From contig CANGYF010000004.1 of NCBI GenBank assembly GCA_947458265.1, positions 232,041-296,040 of the forward strand: a DNA stretch of 64,000 nucleotides, written 5' to 3'. The DNA comes from Betaproteobacteria bacterium (lineage in GTDB: Bacteria > Pseudomonadota > Gammaproteobacteria > Burkholderiales > CAIKXV01). The number at the start of each line of letters is the position of its first letter. The stretch's first letter is position 1. Of the stretch, positions 45,257 through 55,903 are shown piece by piece. A model generated the notes under the pieces. The model saw only the letters and a program-made list of their open reading frames with translations, did no database searches and was not told the DNA's origin. The translations under genes and the position numbers were made by a program.

Positions 45257-46153
45257 GTGACTGCATTCCTCAAGGTAGAGAACCTTCGCAAGGTATTCCC
45301 GTCTCAGCGCGGCGGGGCGCCGCTGACCGTGTTCGATGACGTCAACTTCACGATCGAGCAGGGCGAGTTCGCCTGCATCATCGGGCACTCCGGCTGCGGC
45401 AAGTCGACCATCCTGAACGTGCTGGCAGGGCTCGACGAAGCCAGTTCGGGCTACGTGATCATGGACGGACGCGAGGTGCGCGGCCCCAGCCTCGACCGTG
45501 GCGTGGTGTTCCAGGGCCATGCGCTGATGCCCTGGCTGTCGGCCGAGCGCAATGTGGCCTTCGCCGTTCAGTCGCGCTGGCCGGAATACGACGCCCGCAA
45601 GGTCAAGGCGGTGTGCGACCAGTACCTTGGCATGGTCGGGCTGTCGGGGTCCGAACACAAGCGGCCCTCTGAACTGTCCGGTGGCATGAAGCAACGGGTC
45701 GGCATCGCCCGTGCGTTCGCCATCGAGCCGAAGATGCTGCTGCTCGACGAGCCCTTCGGTGCGCTCGATGCCCTGACCCGGGGCGTGATCCAGGAAGAAC
45801 TGCTCAGGATCTGCGCACAGACCCGCCAGACCGTGTTCATGATCACCCATGACGTGGACGAGGCGATCCTGCTGGCCGACAAGATCCTGCTGATGACCAA
45901 CGGGCCCGATGCGCGCATTGCCGAGGTGGTGGTGAACACCATGCCGCGCAGCCGCAACCGGCAGACGCTGCACAAGGATCCGCAGTTCTACCGGATCCGC
46001 AACCACCTGGTCGATTTCCTGGTGAACCGTTCGAAGACCTTCCGCGACGAGCCACCGGCCGGGTTCGATCCGCGCAACCTGCCGCAGCTCACGCCCGGCC
46101 TCGATCCGTCCGAGGCCCCGGGCGCGGAAGCGATCGCCAGCGCCGCCGCCTGA
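45257..46153 (+). CDS. NrtD/CynD-type ABC transporter ATP-binding protein
   Basis: Walker A 'GHSGCGKST', signature '[14 protein letters not shown]', Walker B '[11 protein letters not shown]'. GTG start with AGGAG upstream. Confidence 0.9.
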   Translation: MTAFLKVENLRKVFPSQRGGAPLTVFDDVNFTIEQGEFACIIGHSGCGKSTILNVLAGLDEASSGYVIMDGREVRGPSLDRGVVFQGHALMPWLSAERNVAFAVQSRWPEYDARKVKAVCDQYLGMVGLSGSEHKRPSELSGGMKQRVGIARAFAIEPKMLLLDEPFGALDALTRGVIQEELLRICAQTRQTVFMITHDVDEAILLADKILLMTNGPDARIAEVVVNTMPRSRNRQTLHKDPQFYRIRNHLVDFLVNRSKTFRDEPPAGFDPRNLPQLTPGLDPSEAPGAEAIASAAA

Positions 46154-46206
46154 GCGGTGGCGCCCTTGATGAAGTCGTTGATACCCGTCGAAAGAGGAGA
46201 GATGCA

Positions 46207-46695
46207 ATGAAGCGAGCAGCGAACGAAGCGCCGATCATGCCTGCGCGGCCGATGACCCGTGACGATGTGACCGCGCGGATCGTGTCGATCAAGATCCAGA
46301 AGGGTCTGAAGTGGGCCGACATCTCGAAGAAGGTCGGCGAGAGCAAGGAGTGGGTCACCGCAGCCTGCCTCGGCCAGATGACCCTCACGAAGCAGCAGGC
46401 CGACACGCTTGGCAAGCTGCTCGGGCTGACGAAGGAAGAGATCACCCTGCTGCAGGTCGTGCCCTACAAGGGCTCGCTGCCGACGGCCGTCCCGACCGAC
46501 CCCCTGATCTACCGCTGGTACGAGATCGTCAGCGTGTACGGCACGACGATCAAGGAGTTGATCCACGAGGAATTCGGCGATGGCATCATGAGTGCGATCG
46601 ATTTCTCGATGGACATCACGCGTGAGCCCGATCCGAAGGGCGACCGGGTGAAGGTCGTGCTGAGCGGGAAGTTCCTGCCGTACAAGACCTACTGA
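46207..46695 (+). CDS. cynS: Cyanase (cyanate hydratase)
   Basis: 'PTDPLIYRWYEIVSVYGTTIKELIHEEFGDGIMSAIDFSMDI...GDRVKVVLSGKFLPYK' is the cyanase C-terminal domain. A strong AGGAGA Shine-Dalgarno precedes 46207. An alternative ATG lies at 46252. Confidence 0.9.
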   Translation: MKRAANEAPIMPARPMTRDDVTARIVSIKIQKGLKWADISKKVGESKEWVTAACLGQMTLTKQQADTLGKLLGLTKEEITLLQVVPYKGSLPTAVPTDPLIYRWYEIVSVYGTTIKELIHEEFGDGIMSAIDFSMDITREPDPKGDRVKVVLSGKFLPYKTY

Positions 46696-46711
46696 GGCGT
46701 AACGCCCCGTG

Positions 46712-46731
46712 CTGACCGGGTAGCCGGTCAG
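46712..46731. terminator. 8-bp stem-loop between convergent cynS and the DUF4149-like gene
   Basis: ctgaccgg-gtag-ccggtcag, read directly. The right arm overlaps the minus-strand stop codon. Confidence 0.4.
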
Positions 46732-47174
46732 CCGTGGTTGCCTGCCGCGGCGAACGCGGCCAGCAGCAGCAGTACCTGCACCCCGTTCAGCATCACGCTG
46801 GCGCGGTGCAGGCGATCGAAGCGGCGGGCGGCTGCCGGATCGGCCATTGCGGCATCGCGCGCCGCGTTGATCGCCGGCATCAGTACCTGCCTCGCCAGCA
46901 GGAAGCCGAGTGCCGTCGCCAGCGACAGTGCGGCTGCCATCGGCGCGACGCCGATGAAGAGCATGGTGGCGATGCCGCTGCCTGCGATGCCGAAGCCGTA
47001 GTACCACGGGAAGAGCGCCCGGATGAAGCGTCCCGCGATCGCGGGCTCCAGGCGCATGAACACCAGGGGTGCGACGCAGGCGGAGAAGAACAGCATCGCT
47101 CCCAGCGTGATGCCGATGGCCAGCGCGCCCCAGCCAGCCGCATCCGGCATCGAATCGATCAGCGCAGAGATCAT
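46728..47174 (-). CDS. Small four-TM membrane protein (DUF4149-like)
   Basis: 148 aa from the internal ATG (MISALIDSMPD...). Four hydrophobic helices. The family assignment is tentative. Confidence 0.5.
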   Translation of the reverse strand: MISALIDSMPDAAGWGALAIGITLGAMLFFSACVAPLVFMRLEPAIAGRFIRALFPWYYGFGIAGSGIATMLFIGVAPMAAALSLATALGFLLARQVLMPAINAARDAAMADPAAARRFDRLHRASVMLNGVQVLLLLAAFAAAGNHG

Positions 47175-47181
47175 CGGGGCT

Positions 47182-49137
<1,956 letters not shown>

Positions 49138-49150
49138 CGCGCATCGCCGT

Positions 49151-50122
49151 TCATTGAGCCTGCAGGCCGATGGACTTGATCAGCTTTCCGTAGAAGGCGT
49201 AATCGCGCCGCATGCGCTGGGCGAACTGGTCGGAGGTGAGCTGCGGGGTATCGAAGCCCTGCTGCGCCCAGAGTGCACGCAGGTCCTTGCGGTCCAGTGC
49301 CCGGTTGATCGACGCGTTCATGCGTTCGATCACCTCGCGCGGCACGCCGGCCGGCGCGAGCACGCCATGCCAGCCGACCAGGTCGTAGCCCGGCACGCTG
49401 TCGTTGATCGGCGGCACGTCTGGCAGCGCCGCGATGCGGGTGGTGCCGGTCACGCCGATGGCGCGCAGCTTTCCTGCCTCGACCTGGGTGCGCACGGCTG
49501 CATAGCTCTCCCACATCATGTCGATGCGGCCGCTGACGAGGTCGGGCATGGTCGCGCTGCCGCCACCGCGGTAGGGAACGTGCACCATGTTCACTCCGCC
49601 CATCGAGGCCAGCAGTTCGCCGGCGAGATGGAACCCGCTGCCCACGCCGGTCGAGCCATAGGTGAGCACGCCGGGCCTGGCCTTGGCGATCGCGACGAGG
49701 TCGCGCGCGGTCTTCGCAGGCACCGAAGGATGTGCGACCAGCACGAACGAGAACGCGGTGATCATCGCAATCGGCGACAGGTCCTTCAGCGAATCGTAGG
49801 GCGCCTTCTGCAGGTGCGGTGCCGAAGTCAGCGAGCTGCCTGGCGCGGCCAGCAGCGTGTAGGCGTCCGGTGCCGACTTGGACACGAACTCGTTGGCGAG
49901 CTGGCCGGTCGCGCCCGGGCGCGGCTCGACCGAAAAACCCTGGCCGAACTCGGTGGCGAGCTGCGCGGCCAGCGGCCGGATCGAGACATCGATCGCGCTG
50001 CCCGGGGCGAAGCCGTGGATCAGTCGCACCGGCTTCAGGGGCCACGACTGTGCGCCCGCAGGCGCGACGGCGGCGAACGCCAGTGCACAGGCCAGTGCAG
50101 CGTGCGGCAGTGCCGGATGCAT
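49151..50122 (-). CDS. Bug/TctC-family periplasmic substrate-binding protein
   Basis: 'WPLKPVRLIHGFAPGSAIDVSIR' and 'VPYRGGGSATMPDLVSGRI'. Start at the internal ATG (MHPALPH). Confidence 0.85.
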   Translation of the reverse strand: MHPALPHAALACALAFAAVAPAGAQSWPLKPVRLIHGFAPGSAIDVSIRPLAAQLATEFGQGFSVEPRPGATGQLANEFVSKSAPDAYTLLAAPGSSLTSAPHLQKAPYDSLKDLSPIAMITAFSFVLVAHPSVPAKTARDLVAIAKARPGVLTYGSTGVGSGFHLAGELLASMGGVNMVHVPYRGGGSATMPDLVSGRIDMMWESYAAVRTQVEAGKLRAIGVTGTTRIAALPDVPPINDSVPGYDLVGWHGVLAPAGVPREVIERMNASINRALDRKDLRALWAQQGFDTPQLTSDQFAQRMRRDYAFYGKLIKSIGLQAQ

Positions 50123-50272
50123 GGGCCGACGCTGGTCGCCATTGGAGGAAGAGGTGTATCCGACACGAAGCGCGGAGGTCATCGAAGCTCGGTACCATTG
50201 GAAGAGGAAGCCTCGATTCTATCGGGTTTGCCCCGCCAATCCCGCCTCTGCCTCTGCCCCACTGGAGTAGCC

Positions 50273-51475
50273 ATGCCGCACCTGAAGCCTGCAGATCCCG
50301 CACGCCTCGGCCTGGAGCCGCGCCTGCGCGCGATCCTCGACCAGCCGTTCCCCCGTTTCTCGGACGCAGAGATGTTGCGCCGTCGTGCAGCGCTGGCCGA
50401 GGTGATGCGCAAGAACGATGTCGACCAGTTGCTGGTGTGCGGGGAACAGCGTGCCGGCACCGGCATCTCGTGGCTGAGCGGCTGGGTGACCACCAGCGAG
50501 CAGATCATCGTGTTCGATCCGCGCGAGCAGCCGAAGATGTTCGTCGAGTGGGTGAACCATGCGCCGCTGGCCAAACAGATCGCCTGGCAGTGTGATGTCG
50601 AGTGGAGCGAGCACCGCAGCGTCGAGAAGGTGGTTGCCGAACTGAAGCGCCGCGGCGCCCGTCGCGTGGGGATCATGGGCGTGTTCAACTTCGGCAAGTA
50701 CCGGAAGCTCGCGGCCGCGTTCCCGGACGTGGTCGACCTGAACCCGGCCTACAGCCGGCTGCGCCTGACCAAGTCGGAGGAGGAGATCGACTGGCTGCGC
50801 ATCGGCGCCGCGTTCTCCGATGCATCGATCACGGCGCTGGTCGACGGCCTGTGCGACGGGCTGAACGAGCGCGACCTCGGTGACATCGCCGAGCGCGCCT
50901 ATGCGCCGTTCGGCGGCGTCACCATGCTGCACTACTTCGGCGTGACGCCGATGGCCAGCCCGGACTGCTACATCCCGCGCCAGCATCCGATGAACCGCAT
51001 CGTGCGCAACGGCGACTGCGTGTTCACCGAGATCACGGGATCGTTCTGGGATTACGGCGGACAGGTACTGCGCACGTTTGCGGTCGGTGCCGAGCCGCCG
51101 GCCCTCTACCGCGACCTGCATGCGACGGCGGAGGCGACCTACGACGCGGTGACCGGGGTGATGCGCCCGGGCTGCACGATGGCCGAGATCGTGGATGCAG
51201 CCTCGGTGATCGAGGAGCGCGGCTTCACCATCTGCGACGACCTGGTGCACGGATTCGGCGGTGGCTACTTCCAGCCCATCCTTGGCAGCCGCAGCCGTCC
51301 TGCAGGGCCGTTGCCCGACATCGTGCTGGCCGAGAACATGACCATGGTCGTGCAGCCGAACGTGATCGACACCGCCCGTACTGCGGGCGTGCAGGTCGGC
51401 GAACTGGTGCGCATCACCGCCACCGGCTTCGAAAGCCTGCACCGGGCGCCGCGCGGCTTCCTGCGTGCCGGCTGA
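50273..51475 (+). CDS. M24-family metallopeptidase / creatinase-like hydrolase
   Basis: An N-terminal creatinase-type domain and a C-terminal pita-bread domain ('LTKSEEEIDWLRIGAAFSD', 'DCVFTEITGSFWDYGGQVLRTF', 'HGFGGG', 'VQPNV', 'VGELVRIT'). GGAG upstream. Confidence 0.75.
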   Translation: MPHLKPADPARLGLEPRLRAILDQPFPRFSDAEMLRRRAALAEVMRKNDVDQLLVCGEQRAGTGISWLSGWVTTSEQIIVFDPREQPKMFVEWVNHAPLAKQIAWQCDVEWSEHRSVEKVVAELKRRGARRVGIMGVFNFGKYRKLAAAFPDVVDLNPAYSRLRLTKSEEEIDWLRIGAAFSDASITALVDGLCDGLNERDLGDIAERAYAPFGGVTMLHYFGVTPMASPDCYIPRQHPMNRIVRNGDCVFTEITGSFWDYGGQVLRTFAVGAEPPALYRDLHATAEATYDAVTGVMRPGCTMAEIVDAASVIEERGFTICDDLVHGFGGGYFQPILGSRSRPAGPLPDIVLAENMTMVVQPNVIDTARTAGVQVGELVRITATGFESLHRAPRGFLRAG

Positions 51476-51582
51476 GCGAAGGTTCTGCACCGGGCCGAGC
51501 CGGTACAGACGTTCTATCTGGCGGGCGTCTCGCTGATCTTCGTCGGCATCCTGCTGACCCGGCGCGACGCTCGTCCGACCAC

Positions 51583-52212
51583 CTAGCCGTTCAGCCCTTC
51601 GAAGCAGGTGCGGACGAGGTACTCGACGGTCTGCACGTCATCGTAGCGACCACTGGTGCGCAGGTATTCGAGCGTCGGGTCGCAGGAGCGGGCGTAGATG
51701 GTGTAGACGATCACCTCGTGCGGCAGCGTGCGGTCGAGGGCTCCCTCGTTCTGGGCTGCGATCACCAACTGCTTGAGTTCGGCGTTCAGCTTCATGATCA
51801 GCCGCACGTAGCTCAGGTTCAGCATCAGGCTTCGCTGCAACGCAACGCTGGTCGACGGCAGGTGAGGCACTGCGCCCTGCAGCCGACGCTGCAGGGCCCA
51901 GCGCAGGGTGGCCTTGAGTTTCTCGATCGGGGGCAGGGCCGGGTCCATCGCGGCGAGCACCTCGATCGTGTCGCGGGTCATCCGGCACAGCGCGGCAGCC
52001 GCCAGACTTTCCTTTGACGCAAAGTGCTTGTAGAGGCTGCCCTTGGCGATTCCGACCTCGGCTGCGACGTCGTCCATCGTCATCAGATCGAAGCCTTTCT
52101 TCGCCAGCAAGACGTTCACTGCGTCGAGGAGTGCGTCCTCGCGGGCTGCAAACTGTTGTTTCTGAAAAGAAAGTCTCATCTGATGCGCTTTGGCAAGGTA
52201 TGCGTCCGGCAT
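51583..52212 (-). CDS. TetR-family transcriptional regulator
   Basis: HTH 'LTMDDVAAEVGIAKGSLYKHFASKE'. The track start at 52245 is a TTG inside the predicted promoter, so I prefer the ATG at 52212. The ATG at 52179 is also possible. Confidence 0.8.
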   Translation of the reverse strand: MPDAYLAKAHQMRLSFQKQQFAAREDALLDAVNVLLAKKGFDLMTMDDVAAEVGIAKGSLYKHFASKESLAAAALCRMTRDTIEVLAAMDPALPPIEKLKATLRWALQRRLQGAVPHLPSTSVALQRSLMLNLSYVRLIMKLNAELKQLVIAAQNEGALDRTLPHEVIVYTIYARSCDPTLEYLRTSGRYDDVQTVEYLVRTCFEGLNG

Positions 52213-52236
52213 CGATGGGGCCGGCTCGGGAACTTT

Positions 52237-52266
52237 ATTGTACAAAAAATGACTAACCAGTCACAA
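52237..52266 (-). promoter_or_regulatory. Sigma70-like promoter of tetR with an embedded palindromic operator candidate
   Basis: The minus strand reads TTGTGA-N18-TACAAT. The spacer contains the palindrome TGACT-N4-AGTCA (plus strand 52250-52263). Confidence 0.45.
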
Positions 52267-52518
52267 TACGACCGTTGCGTCTTTGACTAGGACAAACTAC
52301 TATCAATGACGTTAGCGGGCAGCGCTACCTGAGCAGAAATACGGAAGGCGTAAGATGGAATCTTGCCTCCCGGAAGTGCCTGAAGCGGGCTTCCGGATGG
52401 GTGGGAACCATGTTTCAGAAGGGTGGTACGGATCGTCGGTTCACCCCCGATCGGTGCATGTGTCTCTGCGGTTCAGCGCACCGGTTTCTCCCCTGTCGTT
52501 CCAACTCCGAGGCTAATC

Positions 52519-52959
52519 ATGCTGGACACCTGGAAAGGTCTGGAAGTACTGTCGGGCGGTGCCGAACCGCGTCGCGTCCGCGCGAACCGGCGTCCCGTCG
52601 AGGAGATCCGCTCGATCGAACCGGCCGATCTGATCGCGCTGCGCAAGCGTCATGGCGACAAGGTCGTTGTCGTGGACGTACGCAACAGCCCGAAGGAAAT
52701 GCTGCGCAGCACCCTGCCGGATGCCCAGGTGCTGTCGGTGGAAGAACTCGAAGTCCGCTGGCGGCAATTGCCCCAGGGCGCGACGATCGTTGTCTACTGC
52801 TGGGACCAGTGGAGCACGCTGTCGGCACGTGCGGTGCATCTTCTGACCTTGCGCGGCCTGAAGGCGATCGAACTGGCCGGCGGCATCAAGCGCTGGCGTG
52901 GGCTCGGCCTCGAGGAAACGCCGGTAGCGTCGACCGTCGAACGGGCCCGCTACCACTGA
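52519..52959 (+). CDS. Rhodanese-domain protein (single domain)
   Basis: 146 aa. 'VVVVDVRNSPKE...IVVYCWDQWSTLSARAVHLL...G...ELAGGIKRW' is a rhodanese fold with Cys in the active-site loop. GAGG Shine-Dalgarno. Confidence 0.75.
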   Translation: MLDTWKGLEVLSGGAEPRRVRANRRPVEEIRSIEPADLIALRKRHGDKVVVVDVRNSPKEMLRSTLPDAQVLSVEELEVRWRQLPQGATIVVYCWDQWSTLSARAVHLLTLRGLKAIELAGGIKRWRGLGLEETPVASTVERARYH

Positions 52960-53032
52960 ACGACGCGAGGCTGCTCCGTGGCGGCGCCAGTTGCGGGAGA
53001 CCGCGTGGACGGTGGCAGCCAACCGGCAGGCG

Positions 53033-55069
53033 CTAGAGGGTCCGGACGTCGATCCAGTGCACCCGGCCGGTGCGCCGCTTCACTTCCTCGTACATGTGGG
53101 CGGTGCCGCCCGGGCCGTCGCCGCCAGCGCCGTTCCAGAGCGTCAAGAACCTGACCTTGTCGACGCCCCAGACGAGGGCCGTGTTCAGCATCCATTCGTT
53201 GCAGCGTTCGTAGGCATTGGCGTCCGGGGGCAGGGGCCCGAGTTCCACTGGCATCACCCGGACCGGCATGCCGAGCTTCGCCTTCATCGTGTAATAGCGC
53301 TCGCGCCAGGCTTCGCCGTTCTTGACCTGCAGTACCGAGCGCGACAGGAACTCGGGTTCCGGGAGGGGCAGCATCAACTGGCAGCGCACGCCCCGGGCCT
53401 GGCACGCCTCGATGAACAGCAGGTCGCCGCCGGCGGCACCCTGCGACAGCGCGAGGTCCTGCGGTCCGACGCCGGCCCCGTCCAGGGCGGTGGCCAGCCG
53501 CTGCGCCGCGACGTCGGCCTTCTCGGCCGGAAAGCGCGGCACCGGACGGTTTGCCCCGTCGATCATGTGACCGCTGAACAGCAGTACCTGTCGTGGTCGG
53601 AAGGGCGGTTCCGCGCGTGCGATCTCGCGCTCGACGATGGCAAGCGCCGCGGCCGTCTCGGCTGGCCGGAACCCGAGGTCGCGCAGTACCGCGAGCGTCC
53701 GCCGCGATGAATCGAGCGCGAACCAGTCGCGGTCGGCGACTGCGACGGCCGCGCCCCATGCCTCCTTGACACGCTCGGCGTCGAAGCAGAGCAGGCACAG
53801 CTCCGCAAAGCTGGCACGCGCCGAGTAGTCGCGCGGATTGCGCTGGCGCGCACTGAGGCAGGACCAGTGCACGCCACCGAGCAGTTGTTCGACCAGCGAG
53901 GCATCGGTGCGGCCGGTCAGGTGCACATGCAGCGTCGCCAGCATCAGCCAGTGGATTCCGGCGAAGTAGTGGGCCGGCTGCAGCGTGAACGCGCTGCGGA
54001 ACGGCTCGATCGCCTGCGCCAGCGCAGCCTCCTCGTCGGTGGCAGCCTGGCGCAGCGGGGTGGATTCGCCGCCGCCGGCTGCGGCATCTGGCGCGGCCGC
54101 AACGGATCTGGCTGTCCCCGGTCCGACCTCGGGCGCGGTGTTCTCGGCTTCGGGCTGGTCGCCGCGCCAGCGCTGGATCCAGCTCTGCATCTCGATCCGT
54201 CCGGTCAGCGATTGGATCTCGGCATCCTGCGGATAGTCGGCATCCAGCTGCTGCGTGGTCTCGCGCGCCTCCTCGAACCGGCCCAGGCGCGCCATGCACA
54301 GTGCCTTTCGAACGCGCGAGGCACGGTCGTGGTCGTCGAGCGCCAGGGCCGAATCGATCTGCTCGAGCGCGAACTCGAACTGCCGCAGCTTCATCAGGCT
54401 CTCGGCGGCTGCGCGGCGCGCTTCGAGTGCCAGTGCACGGGTGGGCGTCTCGCCAGCCAGTACCAGGATGTCCCCCGGACGGTTCTTCTGGCGTGCGACC
54501 TCCAGCCGGCTGCGCCAGTCCTCGTAGGCACGGCTGAACTCGTTGTCGCCCGAGAGCAGGAGTTCGCGCCACTGCGGCTCGCGCAGCTCATCGAGCAGGG
54601 CATACACCGGGCTCACCTTGCGCGCGCTGCCGGCGGCAAGGGTATCGCGGGCCATCGTCGCCAGGCGCCCGCGCTCGGCCTCGATCGTGGCCGGATCCGG
54701 CATCCCGTCCTTCAGCGAGTAGCGCAGCTTGCGGTCGGTATAGATGTCGAATGGCTGGTTCGGGCGCGGGCCCTGGATCAGCACGACGCCGCGGGCGCGC
54801 AGCGCATGCCGCACCCCGAGTTCGTACCAGACGTTCGGGTTGTCCAGCGTGAGGTCGGCCAGTACCAGGTCCGCCACCAGCAGTTCCTGGAACATGTCGG
54901 TGCGGATGTCCCCGGCACGCGTCTCCTCGTCGGCCCGGAAGACGGTGCAGCCGGCCTGCTCGAGCGCGGGCCTGATCAGCATGGCGAACACCCGGTTGAA
55001 GTCGATCGGCTGACCATCGTGGCCCGGCTTGGTGCCGAACGGCATCGCGATGAATGCATGGGGTTTCAT
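53033..55069 (-). CDS. Stand-alone 678-aa multidomain protein: DUF4071-like (TIR/NDT-like N-terminal module plus TPR-like repeats) fused to a C-terminal SLOG-like Rossmannoid domain
   Basis: N-terminus 'MKPHAFIAMPFGTKPG..IDFNRVF..LIRPALEQAG..VFRADEE...LVADLVLADLTLDNPNVWYELGVRHA'. The middle part is helical repeats ('FEFALEQIDSALALDD...ALCMARLGRFEEARETTQQL'). C-terminus 'VLLFSGHMID...RFP...ALSQGAAGGDLLFIEACQARGVRCQLMLPLPEPEF'. Start at the internal ATG 55067-55069. Confidence 0.6.
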   Translation of the reverse strand: MKPHAFIAMPFGTKPGHDGQPIDFNRVFAMLIRPALEQAGCTVFRADEETRAGDIRTDMFQELLVADLVLADLTLDNPNVWYELGVRHALRARGVVLIQGPRPNQPFDIYTDRKLRYSLKDGMPDPATIEAERGRLATMARDTLAAGSARKVSPVYALLDELREPQWRELLLSGDNEFSRAYEDWRSRLEVARQKNRPGDILVLAGETPTRALALEARRAAAESLMKLRQFEFALEQIDSALALDDHDRASRVRKALCMARLGRFEEARETTQQLDADYPQDAEIQSLTGRIEMQSWIQRWRGDQPEAENTAPEVGPGTARSVAAAPDAAAGGGESTPLRQAATDEEAALAQAIEPFRSAFTLQPAHYFAGIHWLMLATLHVHLTGRTDASLVEQLLGGVHWSCLSARQRNPRDYSARASFAELCLLCFDAERVKEAWGAAVAVADRDWFALDSSRRTLAVLRDLGFRPAETAAALAIVEREIARAEPPFRPRQVLLFSGHMIDGANRPVPRFPAEKADVAAQRLATALDGAGVGPQDLALSQGAAGGDLLFIEACQARGVRCQLMLPLPEPEFLSRSVLQVKNGEAWRERYYTMKAKLGMPVRVMPVELGPLPPDANAYERCNEWMLNTALVWGVDKVRFLTLWNGAGGDGPGGTAHMYEEVKRRTGRVHWIDVRTL

Positions 55070-55160
55070 GGGCAGTACCTCATCGTGGTCAAGTCCTCCG
55101 GTGCGCCTGCCGATTGAATGCGCCGGGTAGACTGTACGCCTCGATGACTTGAGGTGCGGC

Positions 55161-55823
55161 ATGCAGGCAGTGCGGGCAGTGCAGGCGAAGGGCAGGGCAC
55201 GGTCGTTGCTGGGGATGCTGCTGGCGTGCATCGCCGCGAGCTCCATGTTCCCTGCCCGGGCAGCGGTGCCTGCCGTCCCTGCTGCGGCGTCGGCGGTGGT
55301 CCCGGCGACGGCTGCCTCGTCCGGCTGCCCCGCGCTGCTCGACCATGTGTTCCCGGAGCTGGTCAGTGGGAAACCGGTCTCGCTCTGCCAGTTCCGCGGC
55401 AAGGTGCTGATGGTCGTCAACACGGCGAGCGAATGCGGCTTCACTCCCCAGTATGAACAGCTCGAGGCGCTGCACCGGAAGCTGTCGGCGCGCGGTCTGG
55501 TGATCGTCGGCTTCCCGTCGAACGATTTCGGCCAGCAGGAGCGTGGCAGCAGCCGCGAGATCGCCGAGTTCTGCAAGTTGAACTTCGGGGTGTCCTTTCC
55601 GATGTTCGAGCGCACGGAGGTGTCCGGCCGGCGTGCCAATGCGTTCTACCAGCAGTTGCAGAAGCGCAGCGGCGTGGCACCGGGCTGGAACTTCCACAAG
55701 TACGTGGTGGACCGCAGCGGCAACCGTGTGCAGAGCTTTGCGACGACGCTGCGCCCGGACGATCCAAAACTGGTGCGCGAGATCGAGCGTCTGCTCGCCG
55801 AGGCGCCACGCCCCGCGGGCTGA
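55161..55823 (+). CDS. Glutathione peroxidase (Cys-type, BtuE-like) with signal peptide
   Basis: 'GKVLMVVNTASECGFTPQYEQLEALH...LVIVGFPSNDFGQQE' and 'WNFHKYVVDRSG'. The track start at 55149 is a TTG. The ATG at 55161 has a GAGGTG Shine-Dalgarno. Confidence 0.9.
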   Translation: MQAVRAVQAKGRARSLLGMLLACIAASSMFPARAAVPAVPAAASAVVPATAASSGCPALLDHVFPELVSGKPVSLCQFRGKVLMVVNTASECGFTPQYEQLEALHRKLSARGLVIVGFPSNDFGQQERGSSREIAEFCKLNFGVSFPMFERTEVSGRRANAFYQQLQKRSGVAPGWNFHKYVVDRSGNRVQSFATTLRPDDPKLVREIERLLAEAPRPAG

Positions 55824-55903
55824 CACGCGGCGGTTGAACCCTGCGGCCTGCAAAGGCTACCCTTGGCGGTCCCGTTTCCGTACCTGCCCTCCAAGGAGCC
55901 TTC

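Noticed and set aside
52243-52245. TTG start giving the 220-aa TetR ORF in the track.
   Set aside because: It falls inside the predicted -10/-35 spacer of the tetR promoter. In-frame ATGs at 52212 and 52179 give normal TetR N-termini.
55149-55160. TTG start of the glutathione peroxidase ORF in the track.
   Set aside because: An ATG at 55161 is preceded by GAGGTG at a good distance and yields a normal signal peptide.
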